Part shown: positions 26,165-39,891 of the stretch, piece by piece
How positions within the stretch are numbered: position 1 is the first letter of the stretch
Layout of the letters: every line of letters begins with the position of its first letter
Assembly (NCBI RefSeq): GCF_028641065.1
Contig: NC_073411.1
Location: 7,378,001 to 7,442,000, forward strand
Source of the DNA: Leucoraja erinacea
Lineage: Eukaryota
Length of the DNA: 64,000 nucleotides
Direction of reading: 5' to 3'
Position numbers and translations under genes: made by a program
The notes under the pieces: model-generated
What the model saw: the letters and a program-made list of their open reading frames with translations, nothing else
Databases searched by the model: none
Told to the model about the DNA's origin: nothing

Positions 26165-28427
26165 GTACTGCTATGTTGTTGTGCCGTGTCAAAGTAAGGT
26201 CGACCAAACCACTTAATCTGTCCAATATCTGAGGAAAAACTTCCCAAAGTATAACATTTTGTCAGTGAGTTGAAAGGTTTTACTGGAGAACATTTTGCCT
26301 AGAAATTAGATTGCTCCCTTTTTGAGCACGTTAAATGCTTTCTCCATTCTGCCCTCATACCAAACCGTGTAACGTCATGAATAACTCTTGCTTTTAGAAA
26401 TAGTTACCATGCTTTATGGCATTGCAGAGGCTGTCTTAAGTATTCACAGTCAGAGGCTGTGGAAAGCTGCTGCAGTAGTCAGGAAGTATGTCAGTCTTTT
26501 TAAGGGTATTTCACTATGAAAGCCAAACAAGATTCAGTATGAGACTGAGATGGGAAGGATTCAGATTGAATAGCTCAGGAGAAATCCGTGGTGGGGGAGA
26601 GAGGAGATTCATGACCCAGTCTTTCCTGAATAATGGAGTAACTCTGAAGGTAGACACAAAATGCTGGAGTAACTCTGCGGGTCAGGCAGCATCTCTGGAG
26701 AAAGGGGATTCCAAAGAAAGGACTCGATCCTAAACGTCATCTATTCCTTTTCTTCAGAGATGCTGCCTGACCCGTTGAGTTTCTCCAGCATTTTGCGTCT
26801 ACGTTCGGTGTAAGCTAGCATCTAATAACACAACATGGAGTAACTCTGTTTGGTTAGGTATTACAAATGAATCCCAAGCTATCGCTGACTGTAGAATCAA
26901 TGCCATAGCTCCAGTCACCTGTGGACTGGAGTTACCAGTATATTATTCTATGCCAAGGGTAGCCAACATTTAATTTATAATGCAAGTGAAATACTGAGAG
27001 AAGGAATTTAGAAAATATTAAAACCATGCTCAGCAATGTCTCTTCATTTCCTACAGGATTCACTACTTTAAATTACAATTAAAACACAAAAGTACTTACG
27101 CTATAACACCAGGATAAGCACTCAACCAAGAAAACTAAGACCAAAGCCAAAGTACTATCTAATCTATGCTAAGGACAATAACTAACTCCATATGCAATAA
27201 TCAGCTACCTACGTGTTAACAAGCACAATTAAAAAAAAACTGATCATGTAGATGCAAGTTTATGCAAAAAGGTTATCAAGAGTGCTAACTGAAAGCCATC
27301 GTATAGTTTTATGATATTACACTGTTAATAGATAAACATACACCGTGAGAATGCCATCATGTGTGGAAATATGAAAGGGAAATGACAGTGGTGCAATTGC
27401 AACAGGAAATAACTAGTCCTGTTTCCCAATGGTTAGCACCTCAACAAAAAATGAACACAGGCAATTCAAAACATGCCACAATCTATCTTATGTACTATTT
27501 ATGCATTGAATAGTATCTCTTATCTTATTCAATTATTATAAAAAAGAAATACAATTATTTTACATGTTAAATCAGCAAATATTTTGAAGTGCAACAGGAA
27601 GTTAACACTGTACTTACGGAAAAGCACTCTTGGTGATGGCTGGTTAATCTTCAAATGTAATTGACTTCATTTTCTGTTAGTTACAGATTAATTTATCTAC
27701 AGAGAAAGCCTGTCAATAAATTCAAAGGGAACTAAGAGTTGTGGTCTGCAGTTCATGTAGAGCTACCATTTTTTAACCCTATTAGTACAGAAAACAACAC
27801 CGATAGCTTTAACCTTCAGTCTAGACTACAATTGCACAGTGAAGACTAGGCTCCTGGTATTACTTTTGAATCTATGGTGGAGATCCATGAAGCAAAGAGG
27901 ATTGCTCTATAATGCTTGAAAGAAACCCATCAAACTTGAATATGCATGTTTTGTAGTTGGGTTGTCACTTTCAGAAGCTGACTGACCTGTCTTTACTACC
28001 TTATACTTAGATGGTTGAATCTATCTAAGAATCCCATGGTTTTCAAATGTTCTTACTGAAGTTCCCTCTTAATACATTTTATTTTGTATGGCAACATGCC
28101 AAAATAGCAACAGGTAAAATTAGGCTGTCATCGGAAATGTGTTATGTGCATTTTCAGTTGAAGAGAATGTTCACAAGTTGCTTAATTTGAATTCTGTGGT
28201 TTGTGGTTTTCTAAACACTTGAATCACATTTCTGAACAGAACCGTATATTGGAACAGTTTGAAGAACACAGTGCAGGCTTTCTAAAATGAACAAGCAGTT
28301 CTGGGGAAAAATGACAAAATGCAGCTTTTCAGTTTAGTTTTGAGAAATTAAAGCCATCATAAAGTTTTTTGATATTCACTCGTTAATGGATAACATACCC
28401 AGTGAGATTCAACCTTTTTGTCCCTAG

Positions 28428-28486
28428 GATTCTGCCTGTTTGTCCTGAGTCTTGTGAAGAAGCACTACCGACTGCAGTTCTACATG
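28428..28486 (+). CDS. CDS2: CDS2 exon 6
   Basis: FCLFVLSLVKKHYRLQFYM; boundaries CCTAG| and |GTATGT. Confidence 0.97.
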
Positions 28487-28815
28487 GTATGTCATTCACT
28501 GTTGGCCAGAATAAGTCACTGCACAGTGTATTTTGTTCAACTCGAGTGATGGAATGGGCCAGAGAGGGAACGAGAGAGAAACCGATCATCCAGCATAGCC
28601 AATTTTTATTATAGCTAGCACGTTCACTGATTGTGTTGCAAATCCTATTGTCATTAATCCAACAGCATTATAGTACGTGAAATAGCAGGTCTATACCAGT
28701 ATACATTCTCTTTAATTAAGGCCATTATTTTTTATTTTCAAAGGTGTTAAATAGGTGATATAACAAAATTTTAATGTTATCTTATAAACAGATGCTTTGT
28801 CTGTGAATCTTTCTA

Positions 28816-29353
28816 CTGTGCCCTCCATGATGTTTGGGATAAAGACCCATCATTTATTTAGTTGCCTCTGTACTCCACAATTTGAGATTTGTAATAGAAA
28901 CAATCACATTATCAGATTTTATTAAAGGGTATTTTTTTACACATTTTGGTTTCACCATGTAGAAATTACAGCTGTTTTTATACATAGTCCCCCTATTTCA
29001 GGGCACCATAATGTTTGGGGTCATGGCTTCACAGGTGTTTGTAATTGCTCAGGTGTGTTTAAATGCCTCCTTAATGCAGGTATAAGAGAGCTCTCCGCGC
29101 CTAGTCTTTTCTCCAGTTTTTTCCATCATCTTTGGAAACTTTTATTGCTCTTTATCAACATGAGGACCAAAGTTGTGCCAATGAAAGTCAAAGAAACCAT
29201 TATGAGACTGAGAAACAAGAATAAAACTTATTCTTTGCAGTTAAACACTTTAACCACATGTGATTTTCTTTCTATTCCAAATCTCAAATTGTGGAGTACA
29301 GAGGCAAATAAATAAATGATGGGTCTTTGTCCCAAACATTATGGAGGGCACTA
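28816..29353 (+). mobile_element. Internally deleted Tc1/mariner element
   Basis: TA-flanked long TIRs (C[A/T]GTGCCCTCCAT[A/G]ATGTTTGGGA[C/T]AAAGACCCATCATTTATTTA...) and a transposase start MRTKVVPMKVKETIMRLRNKNK. Confidence 0.85.
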
Positions 29354-30782
29354 TATGTCCTGTGGTACATAATTCTAAATTTACAAAAGATAGACCCAAA
29401 ATGCTCAGCGGGTCAGGCAACATCTCTGGAGAAAAGAAATAGGTGACGTCTCAGGAGGAGACCCTTCATGAGACAAAGGTCACCTGAGTAAGGCACCCAA
29501 GATTCATTGCCAACTTTGCTGATGAAATGAACAAAGATAGAAAATAAAGTTGTGGACACGGGGAAGCTACAAAGGGATTTTGATAGATTATGTCAGTGGG
29601 CATAGATCTGAAAAAAATGAGTGTAATGTTGGAACATGTGAAATTGTCCCATATGGCAGAAGGAATGAAAGAGAAGCATATTATCCATGTGGTGCGAGAT
29701 TGCAGAGATTGGGGATTCTGATGTTAGGTTTACCACCCTCCAATCTGTAGGAACTGCTTGACAGTCTTGAAGAAACTGCCAATATTACTGGTATATCCAG
29801 GGCAACGTCTTTAATAATCGGGGATGTGGATTATCAGACTGGGTATCAGTCAGTCTTAATCCCCATTAAGTACTCATTACCTTCAGTTTTTCCTTCTCAC
29901 TGGACTCTGATTCCTTAACATCCCGGAGGTCATTTGAGCCCTCTTTTACGAGGTCTGAAAAAACGATTAATTTAATTATTCTCCCATTTTTTCCCAATTA
30001 TAGTTATACAATTTCTGACTTTTCATATTTATCAACGCTTTTACAGTTAAATGCTATGTTCCCTGCAAGTTTACTTTTATACTCTTACCTTTCTCGTCTA
30101 CCATCCCAGCTTATTCATCGTTTTGTCTCACTTTGTTGAATTTAAACTGCTCCCAATCCTTAAGCCTGCTGGTTTTTTTCTAATAATTCTCTTTTCATCG
30201 AAAACTATTCTGAATTTTATTTGTACGCCACAGATTTTCCATCTTTCCTGACATATTTTTGTGCCAGGAAGGATTGAATAATTGTCATAATCTGTGTATA
30301 CATTCTTTAAGTGTTATCTAGAACACATTCACCATCAACCCGTTTAGTTAAATTCCTAAATCTATCACAGCTAGTATACCACTTCTTCCTTCGTAGTTTC
30401 CATTGTTCAGATTCAGGTCCCTGGTTTCTGATTCACCTATTTTTACAGCTTTCGATTACTTATAAACCAGCAGTAGACGGATTCCTAATGAAGTAGGTGA
30501 AAGGTTACTGTGGGTGGAGTTGACTTTATTAAATGGTGGAATAGGCTGAGGGCCCAACTAGCTTACTGAGTAGTTTGTACGTTTGCTTTTGTGAAGATTG
30601 ATCAGTCTTGGCACAGTTCAGTCCCAGTGCCTGTGGCAACTTTGCGGAGAATGCTGTGATGACGCAAACATTTCATATTTGTGTCCAATTGAATTCTGGG
30701 CTGTTTAAATTCTGTTGACCTAATATGTTCTGCATTTGCAGTCCTCTGCCTCTGATGTCTGATGTTCATTTCTAATTCACAG

Positions 30783-30865
30783 TTTGGGTGGACTCATGTG
30801 ACTTTGCTAATAGTCGTGACTCAGTCCCACCTCATCATCCACAACCTCTTTGAAGGAATGATTTG
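30783..30865 (+). CDS. CDS2: CDS2 exon 7
   Basis: [27 protein letters not shown](W); boundaries CACAG| and |GTATGT. Confidence 0.97.
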
Positions 30866-32679
30866 GTATGTGCCTGCCCAGCAGTTTCTTCCTTTCAATG
30901 TTATTGTTTAAAATGCACAAATTAACATGTATTTCTAATTGGCAGAATTGAGAACAACTGCAGCACAATGGGGGTTGAGTTCCTTGTGCATGAAACAGAA
31001 CAGACTAGTGCGGAAGTACAATAGGTAGTAGAGTTATAGAAAGAATTTGAAATAAAACGCATTAAAGATGAAGGGAAAGTTGGGAGAGGAATTAATAGAA
31101 GCAGAGTGTTATACCGTGTGGAAACAGGCCCTTTGTCCCAACTGATCCATGCCGACCAGGATTTCTATTTGAGTTAGATGCAGCTACCTGGGTTTGGCTC
31201 GTATCCCTTTTCTGTCCAGGTACCTGTCCACATATCATATAAACATCGTAACTATACCTGCCTACAGCTTCTACAGGAAGCTTGTTCCACACACCCCCCA
31301 TTAAGTCAATATACTAGGTCCTTCCTATACTGCAAAGCCTTAGACAATCAGCAACTGTAAAATTAGATCCCAATTCACATATTTTCATATAATAGGAGGA
31401 AGATGTGACACAATCCTTTCACCATCATGTCAGACAAATTATATGGATGCAACATGAGATGTTCTTTATTGAACTTCAAGTTTTCCATAGTTCATTTTTC
31501 TTTCCCTCAGTACGACAATGATTAGTGGGCTCGATCTTTGTGCTCGGGTCTGTAATAGGGTTTGAACCTACAATTTACAGGCGTGAGAGTGCTTCAAACC
31601 GAGCAACAGTTAATTGGACTGAAATCCCACCCACCAAATCACACAACAAATTCTAATATAACCAGTGACTGTGAGTGTTACGTTGTGATTATATCAGGCA
31701 TTTTGCACCTCGTGAGCTTCTGAAAAATTGGTGATTGTCTAAGCTAGTGAGGATTTTTGTTTTGTTGTGGAGCATCTGCTGAAGTACAACCAATGTGAGG
31801 TGATGATATTATTACTGAGTAGCATCAGCACATTTGATGTAGAAGCAGCAAGCTCCCTCTCAAGAACCAAACATAGGAATCAAGAACCAGAGGACATGGG
31901 TTTAAAGTGAGAGGTGGAAAGATTTGATGGGAACCCAAGGTTTAACTTGCACAAGTGGTGATGGGTATATAGAACGAGCTGCCGGGGGAGATTGTTAAGG
32001 CAGGTACTATCATAACATTTACGAGAAATTTCGACGGGTACATGGTTAGGATATGTTGAGAGGGTTAATGGCCAAGTGGGCAGGTGTAGATGGGACATGT
32101 TGATCGGCATGGGCAAATTGGGCTGACAGGACTGTTTCAACACTGTATGACTGGCAAAAATATGTTTTGAGAATCTAGGGACGTGGCTGTGACTGATACT
32201 GAAGACAATTGTTTGGCCTTGTCATCTTAACTGTACCAGCCTCAACTGAGGATTGATCTTGCTCCCACTTTGTCAGCATTTACTATAAGGATTGATGATT
32301 ATGATGCTTCCAATTGAGTCCTGAACATGTATTGCCGCAGTTCCGCAGAATTTAAATGGACTGGCTCTGGTTGAAGGTGCATCGATAGTCCCCATCTGAG
32401 TCAGCTTACTACAGGATCCACTGAGGGAAGCAGAGCTCTGATGCTATGTCTATCCACGCAAGTGATTCCCAAGCAGGGCAATGTCAAATGTGTTGAGAGT
32501 TACGTTAACTAAATCCATCAGACAGCATTTCACAAGGTGTTGTTGCACTTACAGTATAAATTGCAATTGCTGGTTTAAGTCACCGACAAAAAATGGATTG
32601 AATATTCATAAGGCATAAATATCTTGAGGATGCCTGTTAAGTCTTTCTCTCTACATGTCTATTCTTTCTTGTTGCTCAG

Positions 32680-32767
32680 GTTCATTGTGCCGATTTCTTG
32701 TGTGATCTGCAATGACATCATGGCTTACATGTTTGGATTCTTTTTTGGCCGGACTCCACTCATCAAG
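32680..32767 (+). CDS. CDS2: CDS2 exon 8
   Basis: [29 protein letters not shown]; boundaries CTCAG| and |GTCAGT. Confidence 0.97.
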
Positions 32768-33376
32768 GTCAGTAAGAAGACCAAGAGGCGGTGAGGAGTA
32801 CTGGGGCACAAAATGAAAAGTTCCACCCAGATGAATGAAGCATGTTCCTCTGAGGCACATCATGAGATAGATTGGAGGGAGCAAAATTTTCATGAGGCAC
32901 TTATGTAATGCCAGTTGATTTGAATCTGTTGATATTCTGAAGAAGAGTCTCGACCCGAAACATCACCCATTCCTTCCCTCCAGAGATGCTGCATGTCCCT
33001 TCCGCACTTCCAGTTAAGTCCTAAGCCCTGGAAACTGCAGAGAAGGACAACATGTCTGGCTTTGTAATTCAGATGCGTTTGGAGAAGTTGGATAGGAACA
33101 TGAGGGAGAAATGAATAGACACACATTTTCACACACACTTTCAGATGGCACAATGAAGACTACTTTGGGACCATTCAAGAGATATTGGTTGCTGGTGCTA
33201 CTTGAATTGCAGATATCTGTGTGAGAGATAGGAGTAAATATCTTTGTTTTCTGTATATTTTGTACAAATTAAGGTGGATTCTAGATTTAACAGAATAGGT
33301 CGTACATATAACAACTGTTTGGGGGTGTGATTATGTGGGTATATGATGTGGTGTCATTGAAAGCTAGGTCACTGTT

Positions 33377-33662
33377 TAAGGATAAGGGGCAAGTCTTTTA
33401 TGACTGAGATGAGAAAAACATTTTTTCACACAGAGAGTGGTAAATCTGTGGAAATCTCTTCCACAGAAGGTAGTTGAGGCTAGTTCATTGGCTATAGTTA
33501 AGAGGGAGTTAGATGTGGCCCTTGTGGCTAAAGGTATCAGGGGGTATGGAGAGAAGGCAGGTACAGGATACTGAGCTGAATGATCAGCCACGATCATATT
33601 GAATGGCGGTGCAGGCTCGAAGGGCCGAATGGCCTATTCCTGCACCTATTTTCTATGTTTCT
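33377..33662 (+). mobile_element. CR1 LINE 3' end
   Basis: FFTQRVVNLW motif and the GATCAGCCA...GAAGGGCCGAATGGCCTA 3' UTR, shared with copies at 53670-53915, 55660-55840, 56060-56725, 59605-60070 and 62466-62765. Confidence 0.85.
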
Positions 33663-34042
33663 AAAAGGATGGTAATGACGAGAGAGGGGGGGCGGGATAT
33701 GTGACCATTCTGTGATGCAAGTTGTGTACACATGAGACTAGGAGAGAACTGGTTTAAACTGAAGATAGGCACAAAAAGCTGGAGTAACTCAGCAGGACAG
33801 GCAGCATCTCCGGAGAGAAGGAATGGGAGACTTTTCGGGTCGAGACCCTTCTTCAGACTATCCATGTTGTTGCCCACAGGTTGCCTCGCAATTCTTCGTA
33901 AACTACAGACATTTCTTCACACTAAATTTGAACAAGAGCGTTCAATTGTCATATGTACCAACAGATCAATAATATGCAATATCACCACCTTATAATATGT
34001 TACTGCAGCAAAACTGACCATCAGTTTTACCATTTTTTGCAG

Positions 34043-34111
34043 CTGTCTCCCAAGAAGACCTGGGAAGGATTTATCGGAGGATTCTTTGCAACCGTCGTGT
34101 TTGGACTTTTG
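34043..34111 (+). CDS. CDS2: CDS2 exon 9
   Basis: [23 protein letters not shown]; boundaries TGCAG| and |GTGAGA. Confidence 0.97.
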
Positions 34112-34499
34112 GTGAGATGCTGTTTTAAACAAATGACCCATTGTCAATAGTCAGAAAGACAATTCCATTTGTTTGGTTTGAACCCCCCTGCTAGTGACGG
34201 TCAAGTCAAGTCACTTTTATTTATATAACACATTTAAAAAACAACTCTCGTTGGCCAAAGTGCTTTACATTGGTATAAGAATAGTATAACAAACAACAAC
34301 AAAAAATTGGGTCATCTGAGAAAAGCAGCGGGGATTAAAGAATGCTGGAAACTGGAAGATTAGTTCCAGAAGTTAGAAACTTCTGCTGGCGTCAACCTGA
34401 ATTGCACCTTGTATCAGTTAGGAGGCTTCCTCATTTCATGTTTATTTCAGAGACACAATATACAGTGCACTCCATAATGTTTGGGACAAAGACTCATCT

Positions 34500-34905
34500 T
34501 TTGCTTCGGGTCGTGACCCTTCTTCAGACTGATGGAGGTGTGGGGTGGGGGGGGGGGGGGGGGGGGTGGGGGGGGAGGGAAGAAGAAAGGAAGAAGCAAA
34601 GACAATAGGCTGTGGGAGAGCTGGGAAGGGGAGGGGAAGGAGGGAGAAAGCAAGGACTACCTGAAATTGGAGGAGTCAATGTTCATACCGCTGGGGTGTA
34701 AACTGCCCAAGCGAAATATGAGGTGCTCCTCCAATTTGCGGTGCGCCTCACTCTGGCCATGGAGGCCCAGGACAGAAAGGTCGGATTCGGAATGGGATGG
34801 GGAGTTGAAGTGCTGGGCCACCGGGAGATCAGGTTGGTTAGTGCAAACCGAGCGGAGGTGTTGGGCGAAGCTTGGGTCTCACCAATGTTGAGCAGCTGAC
34901 ACCTA
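34500..34905 (-). mobile_element. Penelope-like element 3' fragment
   Basis: Endonuclease C-terminal sequence (VAQHFNSPSHS-like) and 3' repeat similar to 14470-14940. Related fragments lie at ~11200-11655 and ~23465-23995. Confidence 0.75.
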
Positions 34906-35029
34906 GTAACATCCATCTTGTGACATTTGGTTTCTCGGGATTTGCCTACGCCTCCATCTTGTAGCAACCTCCCAGCTGATCTATTGTCATTAAGGGTCAA
35001 GAGTGTTTCATTGTTGATTCCACCAAAAC

Positions 35030-35600
35030 CGAACAATGAAATTCTTACTTGCAGGAGCACAACAGGTTTGTCAGCACGGTACTTAATAGATAACATAATA
35101 AAGAAATTAAAAAAAAAACGATATTGTCCAAAACCAATCAAAAGCCCAAAGTCCCTCGTGCAACGAAGACAGTTTGCAATCAAGGTTTATTTTGTGTCTG
35201 TAGTGTTCAACAGCCAGATGGTTGTTGGGAAGAAGCTGTTCACGGTTTTCAGAACTCTGTTTTCAGTCTTCTGAACCTTTATCCAAATGGCAGGAGTGAA
35301 ATGAGAGCATGGTCAGGCTGGTGTGGGCGCTGATGACACTGGATGAATATTTGAAGCAATGCCTCCTGCAAATCTCTTCAATGGTAGGGAGCTCAGTATC
35401 TGTAATGGACTGGGCAGTGTTTACCACTTTATGTAATCTCCTTTGTACCTGTGCTTTTGAAGTGCCAAACCGGTACATGATGCAACCATTCAACATGCTC
35501 TCCACCGTCCACCTGTAGAAGTTCAAGAAAGTATTTGTCTACGTAACGAATCTCCTCGATCTTTTAAGGAAGTAGAGGCATTGATGGGCTTTCTTCATGA
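35030..35600 (-). mobile_element. Rex1/Babar LINE 3' fragment
   Basis: NFYRWTVESMLNGCI..FG.....RRLHKVVNTAQSI...LPTI on the minus strand. Confidence 0.75.
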
Positions 35601-35770
35601 TTAAATGAATAGATCCAATAAGTAGGTCAATAAGAAATGAAGCTGCATAATAGTCTTAACTGAAAGTAGTAGCAGCAGCCCGGATGGCATTTGCGGTATT
35701 ATTGCACCTGATTAATGTATTTTCCTGTACCCCACATTGCAATGCTGTTTTATCTTTCTCGTTCATGTAG

Positions 35771-35923
35771 CTGTCCTACGTGATGGCAGGGTACAATTTC
35801 TTTGTCTGTCCTGTGGAGTTCAACAATGAGGCCAACAGTTTCACCGTGGAATGTGAACCATCAGAGCTGTTCCTCCTGCAAGATTACACAATCCCAACTG
35901 TTCTTCAGTCCGTTATAGGCTGG
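35771..35923 (+). CDS. CDS2: CDS2 exon 10
   Basis: LSYVMAGYNFFVCPVEFNNEANSFTVECEPSELFLLQDYTIPTVLQSVIGW; boundaries TGTAG| and |GTATGA. Confidence 0.97.
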
Positions 35924-36027
35924 GTATGACATTGCAATCTTTGTATTTTCATCACGTTTCAGGGAGTGAATTTCTGAGTCTGTGCCTGCTGGACAAATGA
36001 ACATTCCTGCCGTTTCCTCAGTGTTTA

Positions 36028-36058
<31 letters not shown>

Positions 36059-36164
36059 ATGACTGGGCCAAAAGACTCTGAAACTCACCCCTTTAAAATT
36101 ACAATGGGTAACAAACATTGCAATCCGCTAGTTAATTGTATTTCTTCTTGTCTTATTTCTGCAG

Positions 36165-36284
36165 CGGTCGATCAAGATGTACCCTTTCCAGATTCACAGC
36201 ATTGCCCTTTCTAGTTTTGCATCACTAATCAGCCCATTTGGAGGATTCTTTGCCAGCGGCTTCAAGAGAGCATTTAAGATCAAG
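36165..36284 (+). CDS. CDS2: CDS2 exon 11
   Basis: [40 protein letters not shown]; boundaries TGCAG| and |GTATTT. Confidence 0.97.
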
Positions 36285-37859
36285 GTATTTGTTGCCATGT
36301 GACAACATTTGGGGAAGAAAGTAGGGGGGGGGGGGTTAGAAGGGTGGTAATATAAGCACGTTCATAAGTTATAGGAACAGAATTAGGCCATTCGGCCCAT
36401 CAAGTCTACTCCGCCATTTAATCATAGCTGAACATAGAAACATATACAATGCTTAAAGAATTGGACAGGTTAAATGCTGGAAAATGCTCCTGATGTTTGG
36501 GGGTCACAGGTAACAATAAGGGGTAGGCCATTTAGGACTGAGACGAGGATAAACTTTTTCACCCAGAGAGTTGTTTCAAGAGAGAGTTAGATTTACCTCT
36601 TAGGGCTAAAGGAATCAAGGATATGGGGAAATAGCAAGAACGGGGTACTGATTTTGGATGATCAGCCATGAAGGGCCAAATGTCCTACTCCTGCACCTAT
36701 TTTTCTATGTTTCTGTGATCCATCTATCTTTCCCTCTCAAGCCCCATTCTCCTGCCTTCTCCCCATACCCAATGACACCCATACTAATCAAGAATCTGTC
36801 AATCTCTGCTTCAAAAAATATCCATTGACTTGGCCTTCACTGCCTTCTGCGGCAGAGAATTCCACTTCCACACCTTGTAATATGTTACTGCATATTGTAA
36901 GGGAATCTATGGTATTATTTCAATAAAAGACTAGGGTTATTACCCACCATGACCCGGCAAAACATTTATCCCTCAGTCAAAATAATTTTCACAGATAATC
37001 TCCTCATCACATTAGATTTTTGTCAGAGCAAGCGATGTATAAATTAAGTGCCCTGTTTCTACATTTCGCTTCATTGGCTGTGACGTGTTTTGGACATTAG
37101 ACCAGAATTAAAGTTACCATTGGAAACATTGCATGTGAAATTATGATCAAAAGAATATTGTTTGGGGAGCAAAAATTGGGTCTCTTGTGTGCTATGGTAT
37201 TGGTGGAAGGTTTAGCAAGTGCATCCAAGCCAGTTATGGACTTATGGAGGGCGGGTCATTATGTCAGTTTTCTTACAATATTTAGCAGTCCAATGCAAAC
37301 CCCTTTTAACCATGAGTGGCTCAACATGAGCTAGCTAGCCGCTAGAATCCAGCACTGTATAAACGAGCATCAGCTCCAAAGATTAATTTCTTCTGGCAGT
37401 TGGTTTGATTTTTGAGGTGCTTTCCATTCTTTCAACCCAAGCACATCTACACATAATATGAGAGCCTTGTTGCCACAAGAAAGATGAGACCCAGGGCACC
37501 TTGAAGCATTGATGCCACTTCCCTGCAGTGTTTGGTTTCAAGATTCATGAAGGGCTGTGCTATATTGAATTGAGTGAAAGATGTTTCCCTGTAGTTCCTG
37601 TTTTATTTTTGAAATCAATTTGCAAACTCCAGAGTTTAGATCATTACATTGCAACATCAATTTTTTTGTGAGCGAAAGGGATTGTTTGCCCTCAAGGATT
37701 GTTTGGAGTTGAGGCAGCAACTTTACCTTCATGTCACTGACATCCACCATATTTTGATATTTCCATATTTCCACACAAAGGTGTGTCCCCATAGAGATAA
37801 TCAGTAACAGGGAGGAACTTGTGCCAACTCATGAACAAATTCATTTTTGCTCCACCCAG

Positions 37860-37963
37860 GATTTTGCTGACACCATTCCCGGGCATGGTGGAATTATGGA
37901 CCGCTTTGATTGTCAGTATCTCATGGCGACTTTTGTTAATGTCTACATTGCCAGCTTCATAAG
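37860..37963 (+). CDS. CDS2: CDS2 exon 12
   Basis: [34 protein letters not shown](R); boundaries CCCAG| and |GTAAAT. Confidence 0.97.
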
Positions 37964-38776
37964 GTAAATGCTGCTCATTGAATCTAAAGTGTCATCTCCT
38001 AACACTTACTGGAGCTCAGCACTCTGATGCAGAATCTTCAAAAATAAAAGCATTAACTGTGAGGCCTTTTTCCGGATCAGGCCATACACAAGTACAACAG
38101 ATAGTGCAATGTGAAAAATATCAGAATGCAGAATATAATTTTACCACATTGTAGCGTTACAGTTTACGAGAAAAAGTGCTGTGTCTGCAAAGAAGGTAGG
38201 TTGGAAGATTGGGACTACCCCCTGACCTATGGTAGAACCATTCAGTAGTCCACTAACAGAGGGGAAGAAGCAGTTCCTGAGTCTGGTGGTATATGCTTTC
38301 AAACATTTGCATCTTCTGCCCGATGGGAGATGGGAAGAATATATAATGATTATGGTGATGAATGTCCTTTATTATGTTAGCTACTTTCCCAAGGTTGTGT
38401 GAAATGAAGGTGATGGTGGGGAATCTGGTCTCCGTGGGTACTTCCTGAATTACAAAAGGAAATAAAAATGGAAAGCCTTTCTTTTCCTCTTGATGGTCAT
38501 GTCCTCCCAATGGGAGGCGCAAGGAACCGCAGATGCAAAAAAAACCCCAAAGTGCTGGAGTAACTCAGCAGATCAGGCAACAATTGGTCCAGAGAGGATA
38601 GAAGGCCACATTGGGTGTCTATGATGAGGAGGAATGTTGCAGACTGGAGAAGGGGTCGTTGCCAGACTGAAGAAGGGTTCCGACTTGAAACGTCGCCTAT
38701 CCATGTCCTCCAGAAATGCTGTGTGACCCGTTGAGTTACGTTAGTACTTTGTGTTGATTTTTTTTCTCCCAATAGG

Positions 38777-39817
38777 TAGGTATGTTACAAAACCTACCTG
38801 AATCGGCATTGAGAATCTGTCCCAGCCTCATGTGCGTGATTTTGCCGCTGTTTAGAGGGGGCGGGTTTAAAACGCGATTTTTACTAGGCTGTTGCAATCA
38901 AAAATGTTCAGCCTAGTAAATCATTAACGGAAAATCGCTGAAAGACCCCGTCGCAAAAGGTATTATTAGTTTTTATGGCCTTGTATAATAGTTATAGTAG
39001 TTTAAAAACCACTCTCTCAACCCGCGACCTCTCGCAGCCCCAGGGTTTTATAAAGCAAACAATTAAAGGTATGTACCTTATTTTTACATTAAAAGGGGCT
39101 TCTTAAGAACCCTGTATATAAAGTTTTCTATAGCAAATAGTTCATTTTGGGCTCTTTATATCCCGCAGTATTTTTCTGGGCATTTGAGGGCACAAATCCA
39201 GCGCAATGTGAACGTTCTAAACCAGCTCGTTCCACAGGAACCCACTAGAAAGCCGATTTTAATGGACTTTAATTTACAGCAATTGAACACTAAATTCCTT
39301 CCATTTGGCCTATAAATTGATGTAAATGAGATTTAAAAATCATGTTTTATTGTGAATTATTTGTGAATATTATTTGGACACTTAGGCTATTTAAAAATGT
39401 TAATCATTTATTAAGAAATGGATAGATGTTTAGATCTAGTAATTGAAGTTTGAAATTAGCTACAATTGGGTAACTAACTAATTATATGCTTTAATTTCAG
39501 GTCCTCCAAGTAAGATTATTTTATATTTGTTTCAGAATGGTTCAATCTATGATAACTAAAAATTTCATTCAGTTCTCTTAATTTTTAAGAAGGTTATGGG
39601 CTTTTGACTGTCCTCGATCACAGCTTTTTTGTTATGTCGATAGAAAATCAATAGGGAACAAGATGCTAATTTCCGAATATGAAAATGGCCATAACGTTTT
39701 TATTACTTGAGATATGAAAGTGAATTAGGTGTCAAATTAAACTTATTGTTATGCTTTATCTGATGGGATAAATTGCAGACTTGATTTTTTAAATCTCAAA
39801 ATTTTGTAACATTGCTA
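38777..39817. mobile_element. Non-autonomous DNA transposon (TAG...CTA termini, 7-bp TSD; hAT-like)
   Basis: TIRs TAGGTATGTTACAAAA / TTTTGTAACATTGCTA, flanked by CAATAGG at 38770-38776 and 39818-39824; no ORF. Confidence 0.8.
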
Positions 39818-39891
39818 CAATAGGGGTGTGCAGCTGGAACTGGGAAGGGGAGCTTAAAATGTATTCAACTGTTTGTTTGGTTGTTTTCTAG

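Noticed and set aside
30650-30770. Possible box C/D snoRNA (GTGATGA at ~30656, CTGA at ~30752/30760)
   Set aside because: The D box is only 20-30 nt from the 3' splice site, overlapping the branch-point zone; the terminal stem is weak and no rRNA guide was recognised.
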